A stretch of DNA of 64,000 nucleotides from NCBI RefSeq assembly GCF_030028105.1, contig NC_092371.1, positions 14,529,884 to 14,593,883 of the forward strand, written 5' to 3'. Numbering within the stretch: position 1 is the stretch's first letter; every line of letters starts with the position of its first letter. This DNA is from Mobula birostris (Eukaryota). Made by a program: the position numbers and the translations under genes. Below are positions 14,445 through 27,180 of the stretch, one piece after another. Below the pieces are notes generated by a model. The model was not told where the DNA came from, did not search any database, and worked only from the letters and a program-made list of their open reading frames with translations.

Positions 14445-17400
14445 ATCAGGTCATCTGGACCATCGAGTCAGCTGGGCCATTCAATCATGGCTGATCCATT
14501 TTCTTCTCCTCCCCAACCCCAGCAGTTCCCAACCTTCTCCGCGTAACCTTCGATGCCATGTCCAATCAAACATCTATCAATCTCCACCTTCAATTTACTC
14601 AACGACTCGGCCTCCACAGCTGCAAGTGGCAACAAATTCCACAAATTCAACAACGTTTGGCTGAAGAAATTTCTCCGCATCTCTGATTTGAAAGAGCGCC
14701 CCTCTATCATGAGGGTGTGCCATCTTGTCCTACACTCTTCCACTGTGAGAAACATTCTTTCTACATATACCCTGTTTTGGTCTTTCAACATTCCAAGGAT
14801 TTCAATGAGATCCTCCCTCATCCTTCTGAATTCCAGCCAGTACAGACCCAGAGCCATTAAACTTCCCTCGTATGATAAGCCTTTCATTCGTGGAATCAAC
14901 ATTGCGAACCTACTCTGGACTCTGACCAATGCCAGCACATCCTTTCTAACATGAGGTCCGAAACTGTCCACAATACTCAAGGTGAGGCCTCACCAGAGCT
15001 TTATAAAGCCTCAGCATCACATCCTTGCTCTTGTACTCTAGACCTCTTGAAATGAATGCTAAAGTGGCATTTGCCTTCCTTACCACCGACTCAAACTGCA
15101 AGTTTACCCTCAGGGTCTTCTGCAGAAGGGCTCCCAAGTCCCTCTGCACCTCAGATTCCTTGATTTTCTCCCCTTTTAGAAAATAGGCCGCACAATTATT
15201 TCTGCTCCAAAGTGCATGACCAAGCATTTCCAACATTGTATTTCATTTGCCACTTTCTTGCGTATTCTCCTAACCTGTCTAAGCCCTTTCCACAACATTA
15301 CCTGCCCCTCCACCAACCTTCGTACCTTCTGGAAACTTGGCAACAAAGCCATCTATTCCATCATCTAAATCATTTGTATACAGCAGAAAAAGAAGTGGTC
15401 TGAACACCGATCCCTGCGGAACACAACGAGTCACTTCAGCCAACCAGAAAAGGATGCTTTTATTTTCCTTCGCAGCCTCCTACCAATCAGCCAATGTTCT
15501 AAGCATGTTAGTAACATTCCTGTAATACCACTGGTTCTTAACTTGGTAAGCAGCCTCATGTGTGGTACCTTGTCAAAGGCCTTCTGAAAGTCCAAATATA
15601 CAACATCCACTGCATTCCCTTCATCCTACTTGCAATCTCAATGAATTCCAACCGGTTCTTCAGGCAGTATTTTCCCTGAAGGAAGCCATGCTGATTATGT
15701 ACTATGTTGTCCTGTGTCACCAAGTAGTCGATCACTTCATTCTCAACAATTCGCTCTAACGTATTTCCAAACAGTAAGGTCAGGCTAAATGGTCTATATC
15801 TTGCTTTCTGCTGCCTTTCCCCTTTCTTAAAGAGAGAAGTAACATTTAAAAATTTCCAGTCCTCTGGTAATACGCCATAGTCCAATTATTTTTGAAAGAT
15901 CATTTCTCATGCCACCATAATCTCTAATGCTACCTCTTTCAGAACAGTAGGGTGAAGTTCCTCTGGTCCGGGTGACTTAAGTACCTTTTGGTCTTTCAGA
16001 TTTATGAGCACATTCTTTCTTGTAACAGTAACACCACCCACTTCTCTTCCTTCATACATCACAACATCACGCACACTGCTCGTGTCTTCCACAGTAAAGA
16101 TTGACGCAGAATACTTATTTAATTCCTCGGTCATCTCCTTGTCCCTCGTTCACATTTCTCTTGTCTCGTTTTCTAGCAGTCCTATATCCACTCTCATTTC
16201 TCTTTTATTTTTAACATTCTTGAGAACACTTTTACTATCCACTTTGATATTATTTTCCAGCTTGCTTTCATATTTCATCTGTTCCCTTCTAATAATGATT
16301 TTAGTTGCTGTCTATAGGTTTTATTTTAAAAATCTTCCGAATCCTCTATCTTCCCACTAATATTTGCACTGTTGTATGCTCGTTCTTTTGCTTTCAAAAT
16401 AGCTTTGGCTTTCCTTGTCAGTCACGATTGTACTATTTTACCATTTGTGTATTTCTTCATTTTTGGAATGCACATGTCCTGCACCTTCCTCATTTTTCCC
16501 AGAAACGCACACCATTGCTGCTCTGCTGACATGCCTGCTAGCAGCTCCTTCCAATTTATTTTGGCCAGCTCCTCGCTCATACCACTGAAATTTCCCTCAC
16601 TTCACTACATCAGTCTTCACTTTCTCCCTATCAAATTTCATGTGATCACTAAGGGTTTACAAGACTAAACCTTGAGGGTTCTTTGACCTTAAACTCCCTA
16701 AACGCCTCTGGTTCATTAGTATCACCCAATGAAGTCTAACTGACCTGCCTGTCGGCTCAGCGACTAACTGCTCTAAAAAGTTATCTCTAAGGCATTAAAC
16801 AAACTCACTTTCTTTAGGTCCATTACCAGCCTGATTTTCCCAATCGACCTGCATGTTAAAGTCTCCCGTTCTACATTGCTCGTTTGACTCGCCTTCTATA
16901 GTTCCTGTGTGGCCCACCTCCCACCACTGTTGGGAGGCCCGTGTATAACTGCCATCAAAGTCCTATTATCTTGTAGTTTCTCAACTCAACCCACAAGGAT
17001 TCAACTTCTTCTGAACCTATGTCATATCTTTCTATTGTTCTGATCCTATTTTTACCAATAGAGCCACACTACTCCCTCTGCCTACCTTCTTATCCCCCCG
17101 ATATAACTTGTAACCTTGGATAATCTGCTCCCAACTACAACCGTTCTTCAGCCATGATTTAGTGATGGTTACAACCTCATTCCTGCCTATCTGTAATATT
17201 GTAACAAGATCATTCACTTTATCACTGAAACTACGAGAGTTTAGCTGCAATAACTTCAGTTCCGTATTTACTATCCTTTCTGATTCTGCATCCCTAATGA
17301 TTTGACACTCAGCCTGCTGACTGCAACTAAGTTCCATCACCTGCGTGCCCTTCTTGACAATCTGCCTGACTCTTTCTTTACTGTTTACCATCCGTCCTAT

Positions 17401-18170
17401 CCTGAATCCCTCCACTCCCGTTCCCACCAGCCTGCCAAGTTAGTTTAACCCCTCGCTAACAGCCCTGACAAACCCATCCTCGAGAATATTGGACACCCTC
17501 GCGTTCAGATGCAACCCATCACTTTTGAACAGGTCATACCTGCCCCAGAAGAAATCCAAATTATACAGGAGCCTGACACCCTGCTTCTCAGCCACGCATT
17601 TATCTGCAAAATCGTCTATCCGTTTCTACCCTCGCTGGCTCGTGGCTCAGTCAGCAATCCACAAATTGCTATGCGAGATCTCCTGCGTCTTAGCTTTCTA
17701 CCTCGCTCTCTAAATTCTCTTTTCAGGATCTCATTTATTTCCTATGTCATTGGAACCAACATGTACCAAGAAGTCTGGCTGCTCCCCTGACCCTGGTACC
17801 TGGGAGGCAACATACCATCCGGGTGTCTCGTTCACACCTCCAGAATCTCCTGTCTGCTCCCCCTCTCTATCGAGTCCTCTATCTCTTCCGCTCCTTTCTT
17901 CTCTCTATTTCCCTTCTACACCCTGACCCATGCTCAGTACGTGTAACCCGGTCGCGGTGGCATTCTCCCGGGTGATCATCCTCCACAAAAGTATCCAAAG
18001 CGGTATACTTCTTTTTGAGGGGGATAGCCACAGGTGTGCTCTGTTCTAACTGCCTATTTCCATTTTTTCCTGATAGTCACCCAGGTACTCGCCTCCTGCT
18101 ATTTCGGGGTGACTACCTCCCTTTAACTTTGATCAATTATATCTTCGCTCTCCTCAGATTAAGGAAGTGC
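14445..18170 (-). mobile_element. Old, heavily mutated near-full-length CR1 LINE
   Basis: Minus-strand fragments of the endonuclease ('LQLNSRSFSDKVNDL'), the RT ('RYRPFSLT', 'HLEYCGQF') and the C-terminus ('EMRRNFFSQ'), plus ORF1-like sequence at ~17700-18170. Confidence 0.85.
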
Positions 18171-20011
18171 CTGCAGATCATCCGGGAAACAGTGATAGAA
18201 AACGTGATCGGCAAATCTCTTGGTGATCCCTTGGTAATTTTGCCATAACTTACTCAGTAGCTGGACGCAGTAAATGTTGATTATCAGCAGGCCGCCTGTA
18301 AAGTGACTCGCAAGAGTTTGCTGAAGAAAGAAATCCAGCTGTTCACAGTGTATATCAAGATATTTGGACAAGAGACCGAAGTGTAATATTGCCCTGTTTA
18401 TTGATTGTCAGGGTTATCAGGACAGTGCAGAATGACTGAGTTAATGTTCGTTCGTTAAGAAAATAAGCAGGGATGCAAAATACCGAATAAAATGTGGAAA
18501 AACTGAGGTGATGTGTAGAATAATGTTCTAAATTGGAGTCTCTTTCAATGGCGAAAGGATGAGGCAATGTGTGCAAGTTCCTGTTGAAGTATACGGTCAA
18601 TTAACTTTACACATGTACACAAAAGAACCACCCTTTCTCTAAGTAAGAAAATAGATATTAGCACAGGTGCTGAGTGGCATGGCCTGAGATCGACAGGTTG
18701 ACATGAAGTGTGAAGTGAATGTTTATGTAAGGAATAATAATGTTTATTACTCCGTCTAATTGTGAATGTATTTATTTTTTTGTTTGTATTTGCACAGTTT
18801 GACTTAGTTTGCACATTGGTTGTTTGGCCATCTTAGTATTTAACCTTTCCCTGATTCTATTGTATTCCTTAATATTAATGGCGAATACCCGCAACCTAAT
18901 GAAACTCAGGGAAATATATGATGATTATCGGACTTTGAGAGGAAATTTAATTTGAAGTTTGAATTTTATAATCCCAATTCTGTGACCACGGTCTAATTTA
19001 TAAGCCTCAATTTAATCAATCCAGTGGTTTCTGCTCAGTGGTTTCCCCGGATGCTGATGGCGAATTAAGGTCATGGAACGTCACCGGCTGGTGGTCAGAT
19101 CCTTTCCTGTTGACAGGGGCCATTGCTGGAGTTAATGTGGTCAGACTGATGTTTGGTCCTACCAGCCTTGTCTGACCATTTTACGAATCTTGTTCCATGC
19201 CTCAATATCTCACAGTCGAAAAATTACATGAATGCGGTTTCAGATGAACGTTCTCGGACGTAAACGGGGACGGTCCAATTCCCGGCATAGATACTGCCTG
19301 ACCCGTTCAGTCCTTCCAGCTCTATCTGAGTTGCTCCAGATTCCAGCATCTGCAGCCGTTTGCATCACCGGAGCAATTATTGCTGAACATTCCTAATTCC
19401 CATCTATTGATACGCGGAAGATTCACTGCCTAGCGGAGCATTCCTAAGGGCCTGCAGTGTTGATTGCGTTCCACTGCAACTCCTTTGCACAATGACTGAC
19501 CCCAATGTCTGACGTTAAATGAAATTCTGCCCAGGTCCGCTTTAGAGACTACAGAAAAAAACACTTGTTGTTTGGGAGTTACGCATTTTTGAGACAAGCT
19601 TTATTCTTTCATAAGCAAATCAGCGACATGCTTTCGGCAGGAATTATATATTCTCAGATAGGAACCGATGTATTGTCCAGGTAATTTTGGGATGGCATGG
19701 AGACTATAGAAATTAGATGTGACCTTGAAAAGTTCTGTTCTTATTAGCCATTCTGAGCAGAGACAAGGGGCCAAGTGCCACCTCCACCCACATCCACTGT
19801 ACCAGAGGGAAGCAGCCGAAACAATGTCTAATGTACGTTTAGCCTGAGTATTCTCCAAAGTTCTACAGGCCGGATATGTGATACAACTGAAGATGAAGAA
19901 ATCTTGAAATTAGAGGTTAAGGTTTTAAAAATCAGCAAGGTGGCCATTCAGAGTTTCCGAGGGTCAGCAAGACAGTCTCCGCCCACATTCTTCCCCTGAC
20001 GCCGCCCACTA

Positions 20012-20032
20012 ATTTACATCCCAGTTAATAAA
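20012..20032 (+). promoter_or_regulatory. IgL promoter: octamer variant ATTTACAT followed by a TATA-like TTAATAAA
   Basis: ATTTACAT at 20012-20019 is one mismatch from the ATTTGCAT octamer, 140 nt upstream of the ATG; an AT-rich box follows at ~20025-20032. Confidence 0.55.
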
Positions 20033-20151
20033 CGGACCCGGAGACCCCAGTTTGTAGGCTCTGAAATCTGAGCAGTTCCCGAAGTTTGCAGAACAGCGTT
20101 TTGGTTCGGACGGAATTTTTGGGCGCTCGCTGTCTACACCTGTCCGGAGGA

Positions 20152-20200
20152 ATGTCCCCAGCGCTGCATCTCCTGTGGGTTCTGCTGGTTCATTTACCAG
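20152..20200 (+). pseudogene. IGL: IgL leader exon (MSPALHLLWVLLVHLP)
   Basis: ATG followed by a hydrophobic signal peptide; donor CCAG|GTGAGA, phase 1. Confidence 0.92.
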
Positions 20201-20307
20201 GTGAGAGTCGGATTGGTTTACGCACGGATTTTACGTTAAAATTGGGATTACTCCTGTTTCTTGTTTTGCTCCAAGTCACCCAGTGGTTTTATTGTGTTTT
20301 TCTGCAG

Positions 20308-20661
20308 ATATCCACGCGGCCCCAGTGCTCAACCAGACCCCAACGTCCGGACCTGTTTCCGCGGGACAAACAGTCCGCTTAGAGTGTCGGATACAGAACG
20401 GTAATGTTGGAAGTTACTACATGAGCTGGTACCGACAGCGTCCCGGGGAGAGACCGGAGTGGGTGTTGGTACATTACACAAACAATAATATATACTGAGG
20501 GACAGGAATCACAGACCGTTTTCAACCGTCCAGAGACACCTCCATTAACAGTCACATCCTGACCATCGGCAGATTGGAACCCCGGGATTCCGCCGTCTAT
20601 TACTGTGGAGCGTGGGATAATGGAGTTATCTTCGGTCCAGGTACCATCCTGGATATTAAGA
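20308..20661 (+). pseudogene. IGL: IgL germline-joined VJ exon with internal stop
   Basis: Acceptor TTTTTCTGCAG. Translation DIHAAPVLNQTP...LECRIQNGNVGSYYMSWYRQRPGE...NNIY*GTGITDRFQPSRDTS...DSAVYYCGAWDNGVIFGPGTILDIK. Donor AAGA|GTAAGT. No RSS between V and the FGPG motif. Confidence 0.95.
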
Positions 20662-22326
20662 GTAAGTGACTTCCTCACTCTGTTCCAAAAAATTCCTATT
20701 ACAGCCTCTCTCATTCCCCTCAGCTGCATGAAACCCCGTCCAGGGAAGGCTTGTCATTTTTCTACACTGTGGGAGGTTGCATCCGTCTCTGTCTGGCAAA
20801 GAGGCCGTTCAGTCGGTGCAGCAGAAAACAATATTTTCCCATCACCCTCCTCTTTAACACAATTGGACCCGTGGATTGTATTTTAGCATTGGTTTACTAT
20901 TGCTACTTTTCACAAGATGCAATGAAAAGTCTGTCTTGCATACTGTCCTTACAGATCACGTGATGACAGTGCATTCAGTGAAAGACAGCTTAATGCAGAA
21001 TAAAATGTATCAGCCACACAGGAAATGCAGTTCTGGTAGATAAGTTGCAAGACCATAAGGTGGAAGATTGTGAGGTCAACCGTCCATCTTATCGTACCAG
21101 AGAACCATTCAATAGTTTTTCTGGTAATTTTTCTGGTCTTATTACAGCGGCCCCTATATAATGTCAAATTACAGCAATCTACTGTCCACACATACTCCAT
21201 ATCCCTCCAGTCTCAGCACACTCATGTGTCCGTCTAACAGCTGTTAAACGTCCCTATCGTGTCAGCTTCCTCCACCTCATGCACGCATCACTCTGTATAA
21301 AAAGTAAAGATTCATCGAACTTCTTTAAAATTTCATTCATTCGGCTTAACTTTCTGCCCTGGCGGAAAAATCTTGACTGTCGGTCCTATCGTTATCTCCC
21401 ATACGGCCTTGAATAATGTTCACACATAATTAGGGGAAAATGATCGCTAATGATCGCTAACACAAGCATGACATCTACCCTTCCCTCTTCATTCACCTCC
21501 TCTGAGAGCATGTTTGTCGCGAATATTCCATAATTTTTCTGGGTGCGGTAAATCCTGCACCACAGAGCAAGAAGTTCACCGCTTCAAGATAACGCAATTG
21601 ACAGTTTGTTGTTAAGAACCGTGTCATTGTGATTATAGAAAACACAGGAGAAGAACATCAGACTTTAAAAATAATACAAACTAGGGGAAGGTGCTGGGTA
21701 GAAAACAGGCTGCTCAGAGAGTCGAGCGGTAATAGACCGGGTTACTAGGGGTTCGGAATGCAATGTGGGTCTGAACGAGTCGTTTCACCTCTTCCCGCTT
21801 CTCACCGGTTCATAGACCTCTTTTTTTTGCGTCATGCCCTCCTTACTCACTGGGTACTGCGGCTTAGATATCGATGAGCTTTCCCGCACTCTATCATTCT
21901 ATCATCCACATTCTATCATCAAATGAAGGTATAATATTTTCAGTTATTGTTCTAAGAGTTCAAGATTTGGGGAGTTATTGGAGAACAATAAGGAACTGGT
22001 CTCACTAAATGCACCAATCATATGGGCAAGGTGTGGGCAATAAACAAAGATATTGAGTAGTGTTGGAGTTATCTTTTAACACAATGCAGTGCCAAGAGCA
22101 GAGTGGATTCCGAAACATTTTTTTAAAAAAATAAATGATACACGTCGTAGCCGCGCAAGGCTGCGAATTATCCAGGCAACTCTTCACTCAACGGTTTGCA
22201 GCCGAGGTGTCAAATGTGCCATTTACTGTGTCCCAATGCCTGTGTTAATTTCGGCGCTGGTGTTTCTATCTCTGAACAGTACATGAAATATTGTTTCTAT
22301 TCCCCTCCGTCTCCTCTCTCATACAG

Positions 22327-22655
22327 GTAGCGACTCCCGGGAGCCCTCAGTTCTCCTGCTACCTCCCTCTCCGGTGGAGACTGGCACGGGTTCGGCCACT
22401 CTCTCCTGCCTGGTGAGTGGTTTTAAGCCGGGTTTGGTAGCGCTGCGCTGGACCGTGGATGGAGTCGAGACGGAGAGCGGGGTGACGACAGGTGCCGTGT
22501 CCCTGGACACCGATCAGACATACAGGCTGAGCAGTTACCTACGGGTAACCACCGCTGCATGGAACAAGGGCTCGAGTTATTCCTGCAGCGTGAGCCACAG
22601 CTCACTGAGCTCGCCACTGCGCAACACCATCTCTTCGTCCGCCTGTGCGCAGTGA
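22327..22655 (+). pseudogene. IGL: IgL constant (C1) exon, open frame
   Basis: Acceptor CTCTCTCATACAG. Translation SDSREPSVLLLPPS...ATLSCLVSGFKPG...RWTVDG...YRLSSYLRV...WNKGSSYSCSVSH...SSACAQ*, with the C-terminal Cys used for the H-L bond. Confidence 0.95.
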
Positions 22656-22945
22656 GAGTGTGCCGGCTGGCAGCACATGCAGATTGTTTGTTCTTGTTTA
22701 ATGCAGTGAAACAATGATTGGGTCTGTGCAGCAGCCCATTGCAATGTAATTGTGTAGTAATGTTCGCTTATGGAAACAATCAGAATGTTTAATAATTTCC
22801 GAATAGTTGGCAATAATAATCCATCTTTTGCGACGGATATTTCTATGTAGAATTGTCCCCACTGTGCTGTGTCTGAACTGCCGCTCTGTGTGGTCTCAGG
22901 AGCGATCTCCCGTGCTGTGATTTGAACTTGTGTAACACAACTCTG

Positions 22946-22951
22946 AATAAA
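22946..22951 (+). terminator. IgL polyadenylation signal AATAAA
   Basis: First AATAAA after the C-exon stop, about 290 nt downstream. Confidence 0.65.
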
Positions 22952-23819
22952 AGTGGAAACAGCGGTTGAATTATCCTGTCTTGTCTTTACTCGGTTGCTG
23001 GCAGTACTTTGGGAGGAATGGTCGCGGATATTGTGCCGTCTAGAAGCCTCAATCAGAATTACAGTTAAATCGACTCCGATATCTTATTCCGCTTTTCTGA
23101 TCTATGTTTCTTGAGCATTCGTTGGCCGGCGGCACTCACCCCCCACCATCACCAGAACCTTCTACTCCTCGGCGTCCTGCACTCCTCATTTACAACCATC
23201 CCTGTGGGAGGCAGATCAACATTTTCACTGTATTTTGGCCAACGTCTTACCACTGGGGGTTTTACACTGTATGGATGTTTCCCCGTGACGTGACCATTCT
23301 CTCCATCGATTCCGTTAGTTCATGAATGAAGGCCATCGGCCTCACTTCCGGCCCTGACACCACCGTCATCACCCGCCACACCCGCACACTAGCTTCTGTA
23401 ACTCATGTTTATCTTCAAAGTTTAAGGTAAATTTGTTATCAAAGTCTGTCTACGTCTTCATATGCGACCCTGAGTTTCATGTTCTTACAGGTATTCACAG
23501 TAGAATAAAGAAGTACAATAGATGCAATTAAAAACTACACACAAAGACTGGGAAGCACAAAGACAAATAACCGCAAATAAATAAATGGATAGATAGAAAG
23601 TTAGACAGATAAATAAAGTAAACACAGATAAATAGATAGAGCAATTAAATTTAATCAATAACAAATAAATAAACAAATGGATAAAGTGAGTCTATAGATT
23701 GTGGAATCAGTTTGGAGATGTGGTGATTAAAGTCATCCACTTTGGTTCAGGGGCCTGATAGCCGAACTCTTCCTGAAAGTTGTAGTGCCCGATCTAAGAC
23801 TGTAATTGTCAGATGGGAG

Positions 23820-24368
23820 AGAGTTGCTGAAGCACGAAACAAGTGTGAGATGAGGGAGCATTGCCATAGAGGGAGTACAAAGGATGTTCACCAAATTGAT
23901 TCCTGGGATGGCAGGACTTTCATATGATGAAAGACTGGATGAACTAGGCTTATACTCGTTGGAATTTGGAAGATTGAGGGGGGATCTTATTGAAACGTAT
24001 AAAATCCTAAAGGGATTGGATAAGCTAGAAGCAGGAAGATTGTTCCCGATGTTGGGGAAGTCCAGAACGAGGGGACACAGTTTGTGGATAAAGGGAAAGC
24101 CTTTTAGGACCGAGATTAGGAAAAACTTCTTCACACAGAGAGTGGTGAATCTGTGGAATTCTCTGCTGCAGGAAACAGCTGAGGCCAGTTCATTGCCTAT
24201 ACTTAAGAGGGAGTTAGATATGGCCCTTGTGGCTAAAGGGATCAGGGGGTATGGATGGAAGGCTGGTACAGGGTTCTGAGTTCGATGATCAGCCATGATC
24301 ATACTGAATGGCAGTGCAGGTTCGAAGGGCCGAATGGCTTACTCCTGCACCTATTTTCTATGTTTCTA
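23820..24368 (+). mobile_element. CR1 3' fragment
   Basis: ORF 23884..24279 closely resembles the C-terminus at 3537-3920; TTTCTATG tail present. Confidence 0.92.
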
Positions 24369-25244
24369 TGATTTTATGAAACAGAGACCTGTTTAATTTT
24401 GTTAAAGTTATATCTTGTCTGACCAATAACGTGGTCTTCATAGAGGGTGTGACTGATAAGACGACTGCCAATGTTAGCTCCACGCACACAACGAATTTCG
24501 TAGATTTCACATAAATTATTTACGGTTGCCTGACCTGCTGATTTCTTTTTTTTTCAAGAATTTGGTGTAGAAATCTCACTTCGTCATTAATGAGGTTTTT
24601 ATGTTGGTTTGTTTGTGTCAACCTGTTCCTGGACTGTGCTGATCACTCTATTTATGGTCAATACATAGTAATCTGCGCGATATTAAAGAACATAAATCCT
24701 GTCTATAAGATAAAAGTCAAATGAACAATCGGGCAAATGACGCCCACAGTTGGTATACTAGAACAATTAACACTTTTAACGTTTAAAAATATATTTGAAA
24801 ACACTGAGACTGCCAAGCATACAGCAAAACACTAAAAACAGAAAAATCAATGAACTTAAATAAAATACATTACATACTATAAAACATTAGCTTTATTTGG
24901 CATACGTGGAAACAAACATACAGCGCCGTTTGCGTCAAGTCAAATCAATAAAGATAGTGCTGGGGACGGACCGGAAGTGTCACCATGCCTTCGGCACAAC
25001 ATGTATTTATTTGGTGTCTATGCATTTACCTATCTATCTAACTGTCTATCTGTGTATTTATCTGTCTAATTACTTTTTTATTCATTTAGGGATACAGTGC
25101 GTAACTGGCTCTTCGCACCGCCCAGAAACCCACTGTTTTGTCCCAAGCGCAATCACAGGACAATTTACAATAACCAGCTAACCTACCAACCGGTACTTCT
25201 TTTGACTATGGAAGGAAACCAGAAAACCTGGAGGATGCTGTACT

Positions 25245-25884
25245 TGTCAGTACCTCCAGCTGAACTTTGTCTTTTCATGTGTTTTCCCCCTTGTCCTCAG
25301 TCTGCGGTTTTGTATTGCCATGTGCTCTTGTTTTTTTTTCATCCCCCATGTGCCCCTGTCCCCGCTCCTGTTCTACTCCGGCCATTGTACTACGGAGGAC
25401 TCCGCCTCTCACCTGTTTCTCATTATTACCTGTTTTACTGCCACTTCGGTCTCATTGTGCTCCACCTATCATCTGCCTCTCTGTTTATTGCTCATTAAAT
25501 TTTAGTCCTCTGTTTTCAGCTGTTTGTTTTTAGATTGTCCCAGTGAATTTTCCTGAGCCTTTCCAGCATTTGTATCTGTACTCTGTACGTCTGAAAATCG
25601 ACTCTGCCTGTTCCCCGATTCTGATTTTTGTGTTTTTCTGGATGTTTTGATCTCTGCCTGAACTTTAACGCCGACTTTATTTGCACCTCGGGATTGTACT
25701 CTGTCCGTCTGAACATCGACTCTGCCTGTTTCCCGATTCTGTTTTTGGATTTTCCTGGATGCTTTATTCTCTGCGTGAGCTTTGACGCCGACTTTGTTTG
25801 CACCTCGGGATTTGCGACTCAATTAATATCACTGTGTACACAGTACTGGGTCTGCGATTGAAACCGTGCCCCAGTGGCCTGACA
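25245..25884. mobile_element. Solo LTR with an internal ~117-bp tandem duplication
   Basis: TGTCAG...CTGACA termini; flanks GTACT/GCACT form a 5-bp TSD with one mismatch; duplicated unit at ~25576-25812. Confidence 0.7.
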
Positions 25885-26473
25885 GCACTTTAACCTCTAT
25901 AACTGGAAATTTCATGAAAATTTTCATAGCTTGTATTGAAAAGCGCCGGCAATACACACGCAGAGATGATGTATTGCACATTTTCATTAAACATTTAAAG
26001 ATCATAGTTTTCTAAATTATAAATAATACTTGGAATAAAACCTTAAGACTGCCTACTGGAAAGGTGAGCACTAATAATGTGGTGGCGATAGGAGACAGCC
26101 ATACACCGGTATGCAGTCTGTAAACCAAATTCAACAACGAAAATATGCTGAGGTGCGTTTTCCCACAACGCCTATTATCCCCTCTTTGTCCTCTCTCCCC
26201 CACCATAAGACAGGAAGTACGACAGCATTAGGAAAAGGTCTGTTCGGATGTGGAACAACTTCTTCATCCAGGAATAGAGACTGCTGAACTCCCTGTGACC
26301 ACCCAGGTCTCATCACAACTGGAGTCTCAATGGCGTTATGCAGCTTACTTTCCGACTTGTGCTGTAAATGCACCTTATGCTGAATGTTAATTTTCTGGAA
26401 TATACGTCATTATGTGTTAAGTTATTTGTGGTAATGTTATTTTCTCTTTTGATTGTCAATTATAGCTTACTCA

Positions 26474-27180
26474 TGTAGCCCCCCTGGCCACCCTCAGGGT
26501 CGCTCGGCTCGCTGTCGTCTAGGGAAACAGCCTCGGCCCCGCCAAACTGGGTAATTCGTTTGTGTGGATGCTTTGTGAGGTACCCCACCCCGCCCAAATA
26601 ACAGACAATACACCAGATGCAATTAAATGATTTACAGTTTATAGATATTACTAATTCCAGGACATTAATATGCATTTGATACAGAGAAGAAAGTAATGGG
26701 GAAAAAAAGGCGCCAACACTTATCAAAGTTGAATCTCTTCGTGCACAAAAACCGTTGGAGCTCAAGGACCTTCTTCTTCACCCTGCGACCCCCTCGGACC
26801 ACCTCGACCGGCCGCCTGGGACCAACAACGGTGGTCGACCAGACGCTCCACACGAGTCCGTCTCCGTCTCCTCGCCGAACGTCCCGCTCGGGGTCCGACC
26901 CCGTTAGCGGACTCACAGCACCTGGTCCATCCTCTGTCTTGCTCTCCCGCCTTCTGCCCCCAAACCCCCTCGCAAACAGTATCTTGAAATACATCAAAAC
27001 CATAACAACTATCCCAATTGGTTAATAGCACCCTCTTATCACCCTCTAAACCACAATAAGCTGCTAGCGCAAACTTTCTCAGCGTTAAAGCACAACAAAG
27101 CCGCATTCCCCAGATTAACATAACAAAAACGCCATTTTAATTAGCCTCCGCAGTAATATAAAAGTCGAAACCCCCTTACA
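26474..27180. mobile_element. Solo LTR
   Basis: TGTA...TACA termini; flanks CTCA/TTCA form a 4-bp TSD with one mismatch; non-coding GC-rich interior. Confidence 0.65.

Larger units (their letters stand above)
20152..22655 (+). pseudogene. IGL: Immunoglobulin light chain cluster, elasmobranch lambda (type II), germline-joined L-VJ-C, with a premature stop
   Basis: Three exons with canonical GT-AG phase-1 junctions. The spliced frame is open except for TGA at 20496-20498. Confidence 0.92.

Noticed and set aside
26745-26753. Perfect RSS nonamer ACAAAAACC downstream of the IgL cluster
   Set aside because: No CACAGTG-like heptamer at 12- or 23-bp spacing, and it lies inside a solo LTR.
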